A stretch of DNA of 64,000 bases from the human T2T-CHM13v2.0 reference genome, Homo sapiens. The position numbers were made by a program, and so were the translations under genes. Under the pieces are notes generated by a model that did not search any database, was not told the DNA's origin, and saw nothing but the letters and a program-made list of their open reading frames with translations. Where the stretch lies: the NCBI RefSeq assembly GCF_009914755.1, contig NC_060930.1; one strand, given 5' to 3'. Shown here in pieces: positions 52,379-64,000 of this stretch (its first letter is position 1; every line of letters starts with the position of its first letter).

Positions 52379-53959
52379 GAAAGTTGGTAAGGCCTGGAGG
52401 GGAGGAAATGGGCCTAGGAATCATATCTGGATTCACATCCATATAATACCTGAGGACACTGAACACTTTGTCGGGCTGTTTCCCCACCTGTAAAATGAGG
52501 ATGATACTTTTCCGGAAGCCTCCCAAAATCAGGAGAGGGAAGGAAGCTAGCCGGAGTGAGAGGAGGGCTGGGGCCCCAAATTGCCAGGAGCCCCTAAATG
52601 ACTTCAGGAGCACCGGCTACAGATCTAATTGGATTCCTGGGGCTTAGGAGGATTCGGGCCTTAGCTTGGGGAGTTTTTGCCTTGACTAAGAGTAACCCAG
52701 AATCCCAAAACAGACCTCTTTCTACTTCTCCCTCACCGTAGATATAGAATGGGGGTGCTGGACAGTGAAGTATGAAGTGTGGCATCCAATCATCGGCCAC
52801 TAGGGGACCCCCTGCCTTTCAGGGAAGCAGCGGGGGCGGCCCCATGTGAATGTAACTCACAGATGGCTTTAATGAGGCCTTTCCTTGCTAATTAGCAAGT
52901 CCACAGGACAGGAGCCTAAAAAGGCCAGTCTTTCCCAGCAAGTCCCAGCAGGCCTGACCTGAGGACCAGAGAGAGGCCTTTGTCCAAGGGCAGAGGGGAT
53001 GCTGAAGATTCGACTGGAGTGGAGGGGAGGAGGGGCAGGGAGCCACAAAGTAGAGGAGGACGGAACAGAAACGGAACAGAATGGCGCCGCCCCCCCAGCC
53101 CTGCAGGTGGGACTAAGGGGGAGGAGCAGAGTGAACAGGGCCCTCGGCTTCCAAGCTAGGACTCGCCACTCAGTGTGCAGACCCCAGAACTTGTGAGAAA
53201 TGCTGACTCTCCCTTCATCCCGAAACTACCGAAACAAATCTAATCTTAACAAGATTCCAGATGACTGGGTGCACTTTGATGTTTGAGCTACCCCGGACTG
53301 GAATGGCTGAGTCATTTCACCTATCTGAGCCTTGCTTCTGAGTCTGTTTCCTCAATTGAGAAGACATTCAAAGCTTTTAGTCCAGAGCCTGGTGACAATA
53401 ATTACATTACTGTCATTACTCTATTGGCTAGGAGAGAAGGGGCACCTTGTAGCTGGTCTGTAGGGGTCAAGGGCAGGCCTGGCTTTCTGGAGTTGAACTA
53501 GAGTGACAAGAGAAGCTTATACAATGGGGCGGCGGAGGGTGTATATGTGTGCACTGGACTGCCGGCAAACCACAGCACACCTCCAGGGAACAGGAGTAAA
53601 CAAAAGTTGGTAGGCTGGTGCCAGCCTGGCCCTGGTTGGAAATATATGCTCAGCTCCTGACTCCCGGGGTAGGAGGTGGGAGTTTCCCACTCTTTAGCCG
53701 GGCCTGAAACAAAGGGTCAGGAGACCCAGGGAACAGGAACACCAGAACCTGCAGCCACACCAGAGGGCACGAGGGTCCTCCTGATAAGGAGCTGGTGACA
53801 TTCTTTCCATATTTATGTAGAACCTACCATGTGCCCTGCAGGGAGTCCTAAAGGGAAAGAGAATAGCCTTGCTCCATGTGGGGAAGGAAATACCAGGATT
53901 CTCATATCTTCCCACACAAAACAATTCCCCTGGAGCTGGTTAAAAACCCAGAGCCCAAA

Positions 53960-54260
53960 GGCTGGGCGCGGTGGCTCACGCCTGTAAATCCCAGCACTTT
54001 GGGAGGCCGAGGCAGGGGCAGGGGCGGGGCGGGGCGGGGCGGGGGAGGTGGATCACGAGGTCAGGAGATCGAGACCATCCTGGCCAACATGGTGAAACCC
54101 CGTCTCTACTAAAAATACAAAAATAGCCATGTGTGGTGGCGCAGGCCGGGGAGGCTGAGGCAGCAGAATCGCTTGAACCCGGGAGGTAGAAGGTTGCAGT
54201 GAGCCGAGATCGTGCCACTGCACTCCAGCCTGGCAACGGATCGAGACTCCGTCTCAAAAA
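53960..54260 (+). mobile_element. Alu with a GGGGC-array insertion and a right-arm deletion
   Basis: Alu consensus interrupted at ~54013-54048; TSD-like aaaaaccc..agagccca. Confidence 0.85.
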
Positions 54261-54282
54261 ACCCCCAGAGCCCAGACCCTAG

Positions 54283-54782
<500 letters not shown>

Positions 54783-55046
54783 CAGAATCTGCATTTCAAA
54801 TAAATGTCTGAGGTAGCTGTGAGCTGTCCCATTTAGAGGAACGGGGTAGGAAAGAGAGTCCTCTAGCAAACAAGGGTGTCCCATTGCTGGTGGCGGGTGC
54901 AGCGGTGGTAGATAAAGAATCTTGGCTCAGTTAATCCAAGATGCAAGGGAGGAGTCCTGAGTGACTGGCAGCTTTGTCTCCAGTAACAGCCCAGTCCTTT
55001 ATCTTGGGATTTGCGAAGATCCACATCTCTGCTTTCTCATGCATTT

Positions 55047-55048
<2 letters not shown>

Positions 55049-55092
<44 letters not shown>
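55049..55092 (+). repeat. (AC)n microsatellite
   Basis: About 21 perfect AC units. Confidence 0.95.
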
Positions 55093-55094
<2 letters not shown>

Positions 55095-55611
55095 GTGTGG
55101 CCTTGCTTGGGCTGGGAGAGGGCAGAAGACTTTGTTAGGATTGCAAATGCATTCAGTGAAGCCCTCCTAATTGCTGGAATACATATTAGAGAAATTCTGT
55201 AAAGAAAATTTTTTTGCTCATCACCACTCTCACATGACTGTTTGCATTTACCCGCTGTACCCAGCCTACCCTTGTGCAAACAGATTTTTACATGGCTGCA
55301 ACCACAGAGCAAACAGTTGATTACTCCTTAATTCCCTTACACATCCCTACATTGATTTTCCTCCCTTCCATTCCACCGCCTGTTCTCTAAGGGCTGGATA
55401 TCGCCAGCATCTCACCCCAGGCTTGAGGGGAATGTCACAGACTCAGGGGCCCTATGGAACTCTAATCCCACTCTCTCTGAGACTTTGAAATAGTCTTTTC
55501 ATGGCTTAGTTTCCTCTATTCTACAGCAGTGTTAGGAAGAGGAGCTGAAGCAGGCAAGGGCAGGAAGTGCTCCATGCTGGGAACGATCCAATAATAAATC
55601 ATGCCTTAGAG

Positions 55612-55818
55612 GAGGGGCCAGTAAACTTTTTCTGTACAGGGCCAGATAGTAAATATGTTAGCCTTTGCAGGCCATAAGGTCTCTTTTGTAGCTACTCAAC
55701 TCTAGCCATAGACCATATGTAAATGAGGGGCATAGTTGGTTATGTTCTAATAAAACTTTATTCCTCAAAGCAGGCCATGGGCCAGAATGGAGCCAGGACT
55801 GTAGTTTGCCAATCCTTG
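55612..55818. mobile_element. MER58A-like hAT element
   Basis: aaactttttctgtacagggccagatagtaaata...gtagtttgcc. Confidence 0.7.
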
Positions 55819-55826
55819 CTTTAGAG

Positions 55827-56018
55827 CAAGCTTGTCCAACCCATGGCCCAACACAAATTAGTGAACTTTCTTAAAATATTATGAGGGGTTTTTTTTTGCG
55901 TTTTTTTGTTTTGTTTCTTAGCTCATCAGCTATTGTTAGTGTCAGTGTATTTTATGTGTGGCCCAAGACAATTCTTCTTCCAATGTGACCCAGGGAAGCC
56001 AAAAGATTGGACACCCTG
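55827..56018 (-). mobile_element. MER30 hAT element
   Basis: caagcttgtccaacc...gggaagccaaaagattggacaccctg; tttagag on both flanks. Confidence 0.75.
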
Positions 56019-58204
56019 TTTAGAGCTTTTTGTTTTAATGCTCTTCAAAGCACTACCATAAATACCGCTTCAGGCAGTTACCCTGCAGGCAGCCTGGACA
56101 CTATCCCCTTTAACAGAAGAAAAAATTGAGGCCCAGAGAGTGCTTAGCCCTATGTATTGACAGAGACAGGATGCCAAGGCAGGGCTGCACCTGCATCCCA
56201 TCACAGAATCCCCAACACTGGTCCCTCCTCTCCCTAACTCCAAGCAGAGCAGGGAGGACTTCTGCCACGCCCAGTGGCACCCCAGGGAACACCCCGGAAA
56301 CACTGAGGCGCTGTTCTGCTGGGTGCATGATGTTTTCCATGGCTCCTTGTGCAGGCAAGACCAAGCTGAGTCAGCTGGAGGCCCAGCCCTGCCTTGAGGA
56401 ACGGGAGGAGCTGTCCTTTGGACTCCAGCTCTGCCCAGGCTGATGAGGGCAGCAGCTGGCTGGAGATGACAGGGCACCAGGCCCTCTTCCCTCACCAGAG
56501 GTGCTGATGCCCACTAGCAGCCTGCACAGCCTAGGCAAAATGCAGAAGTGGCTGAGAGGCGTGGCTGAGAGGCATGGCTGAGGTCTCCCCTTGAGGGAGG
56601 AAGGGTGTGTGTGTGTGTATGTGTGTGGTATTTTCCAGGCAGATGCCCCTCAAGTAAACTTGGATCGCCTTCCTCTGCAGAGTTAATTCAGCAAACCCGC
56701 TAAGAGTGTGATCTCTGGAGCCTGACTGCCTGGATTCAAATACTAGTTCTGCCTCACAAGGGAGATTTTGGAGGTCATCGAAATGTTCTAAAACCAGATG
56801 GTGGTGATAATGGCACAACTCTGTGTAAATGGTCTACTAAAAATCATTGAATTGTGGACTTAGAAAAATGCTGCCTCCAGCATTGAAAGCTGTATGATCT
56901 TGGGCATATTACTTAACCTCCCTGTGCCTCAGTCTCCTCATCTGTCAAACAGGAATGACAATAATAGTGCCTGACTCTAGATGAGATTTCAATGAATCAG
57001 TAACACAAAGATTTTAGAATGGCATCTTGCACCTAAGAAGGGATTAATAAATGGTCTTTCCATGGTGCCTCCGTTGAGAGGGAAAGAAGTGTCCTGGCTC
57101 ACAGGCACTTGCCTGCACACCTGTGTCTGGGAGTGCCTACACCATGCCTCCACTTGCCCTGCTCCTCCTGGTCTTTGCTTCTACTGTTTGTTTTGCCAGG
57201 AATGCCCTCTCCTGTCAGCTCGAATGCTAGTTCCACTCAGAGGTCATCTCTCTTCTTTGCTTTTATGCTTAATAATCATTTACAGCAAAGGCTCAGAAAG
57301 GGCTAAATGGCATATGGTTAGTTCTGTTCACCCCCTGATCTGATATCTTTGTGCCAGGAAGAGGCGACACTTTGTCCGTCCTGCTCCTATCCATGGTGCC
57401 TTGTGTCCTGGCTGTGGCAACCTGCATGCTGAACTGAGTCCAACAGCAGGCACCAAGGCTATGACATCCACTGTGGGTCCCAGCACAGTGGCTATAAAGA
57501 TCAGTGAAGATAATATGGTGAGAATGAAGGCAGGCAAGCTAAAGCAGTGATGGGTGACCTTCCTTGGGCCCAGAAGCCCCCTGCCCCCCCAACCTGGGCG
57601 TTCCAGAGCCACATGTCATACACAAGAAATGGATTTCTGTCTCCAGCCGCTGGCTTCCCCTAGTTATAGAGAATACAAATTGCAAAACGATGCAATGATA
57701 AGATGACCCACAGCCAGAGCCTGGGGATGAGCCAAGGCGGTGCTTTTAGAGGCCTGCAGAGACACACCAGTCTGATTCCAGGGTCAGCGGCAGCTGGCAG
57801 TCAGGGAGAGGGTTCCTTGGCCTCCACTGTCCCATTTCTGGCTCCTCGGTCTTAGCCCAGAGACAGCCCAGGTCCCAGGTTGAACTGGCAGGAGCCTGTG
57901 GCCCCAATAAGTGACTTGGTGTCACAAACAGGCTGGTAACCTGGTAGCAGCTGCGCCTGTTGTTTTTTCCTGGGCCTCACCTAGCCAGAGCCAAGTTTGT
58001 GAGCACCCAGATAGCAGGCCCCTCTCTGCCACGTGGGCTTGGGAAACAGGGAGTGCAAAGGGTGAGGGAGGAGTTCTTAGCCCCTTAGCCCCCAGTTCTT
58101 CAGGAACACTTTTGCTTCAGCCAGAATGGGGGTGTAGCGGTGGGGGTCGGGGGAGATATCGCAAACCTCCGGAAGCCTTTCCGCTAACAGTAACACAAGC
58201 ATAG

Positions 58205-59713
<1,509 letters not shown>

Positions 59714-60382
59714 CCACATTCTTTTTTTTCTGTGAAGTTAAGTGAATATAATTTTTGAAAACCTAAAGTGGGTAGAGCCCACTTAGGGTTGGGTTCACTC
59801 TCCAGGGAGACAAACAGTGGTACTTTAAGGCACTTAGGGTAACATCCTAGCCAAGCCAGGGGTGGCTATCCACGGGGGAAATTTCCTCCGATGAGGAGGG
59901 GGAGAGCCTGCGTGAAGATGCTGAGAGCAGAGGTGCAGGCCAAGTGGGTGGAGTTTGATGTTTTCTGGGCAGCAGGGGGCATAGGCTGGTGCAAGTTGCC
60001 ATTTCTGCTGAGCTTCCGGGGGACAGGGCCCACTGCCACATTTCCCCTCAGTTTCCCCCAGATCTTACACCAAAGGCGTTTTCCCTCAACTTTTCACTCT
60101 GAAACATTTCAAACCTTCAGAGAACTTACAAGAATTGTACAATGACCACCTGTGTACCCTTCTCCCTGGATTCACCAATTGTTAACTCATTGCTAAATTC
60201 ATCCCTCTCTCTCTCTGTCTCTCTCTCTCCCGGATTCTTTTCCTTTTCATTTTGCTGAAGCTTGGAAGTTGTAGATACCGTGGCCCATTTCTTAGCCTCC
60301 CCCAGTACTTCAGCATCGATGTCTAAGAGTAGGAACATTCTCCTACATGGCCACAATACAACTGTCACACTCAGGAGATCTA

Positions 60383-64000
<3,618 letters not shown>

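Overview
Human (primate) genomic DNA, Alu-dense and GC-rich. It contains the complete protein-coding gene C6orf132 on the minus strand. I reconstructed five coding exons with GT-AG junctions: 58654-58510, 44982-44876, 26532-26457, 23824-20704 and 20119-20002. They total 3567 nt, or 1188 aa plus stop. The gene has a CpG-island promoter near 58.1-59.2 kb and a second CpG island inside the gene. At the left end is what appears to be an alternative terminal exon of the convergent neighbour TAF8 (+ strand, encoding ...PDTF*, with tandem AATAAA). The rest is intron, UTR or intergenic DNA with roughly 50 Alus, MaLR LTRs, MER20/MER5A/MER3/MER82/MER58/MER30 DNA transposons, L1/L2 fragments and microsatellites. 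The most interesting observation is in the uncharacterised, proline-rich C6orf132 protein. It carries several short motifs resembling conserved islands of the SHANK scaffold proline-rich region, three of them in SHANK order: HPxTG..SPxALxLAARxRA, the PPPxEFSN Homer-type ligand, and TFTVRPGTxxPI. This suggests a SHANK-tail-like actin/membrane scaffold without ANK, SH3, PDZ or SAM domains. Other notable items are an L1 3' transduction that creates a recursive-splice-like AG|GTAAGT site, a 41-bp G-quadruplex/GC-box unit apparently copied into an Alu 4 kb away, two Alus sharing a private duplication, a 189-nt pure-purine Alu tail, a strong-Kozak uORF, and poly(A)-site choice that could control inverted-Alu inclusion. 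Gene names, repeat families and SHANK sequences come from recall, not from searches. Repeat boundaries are approximate.
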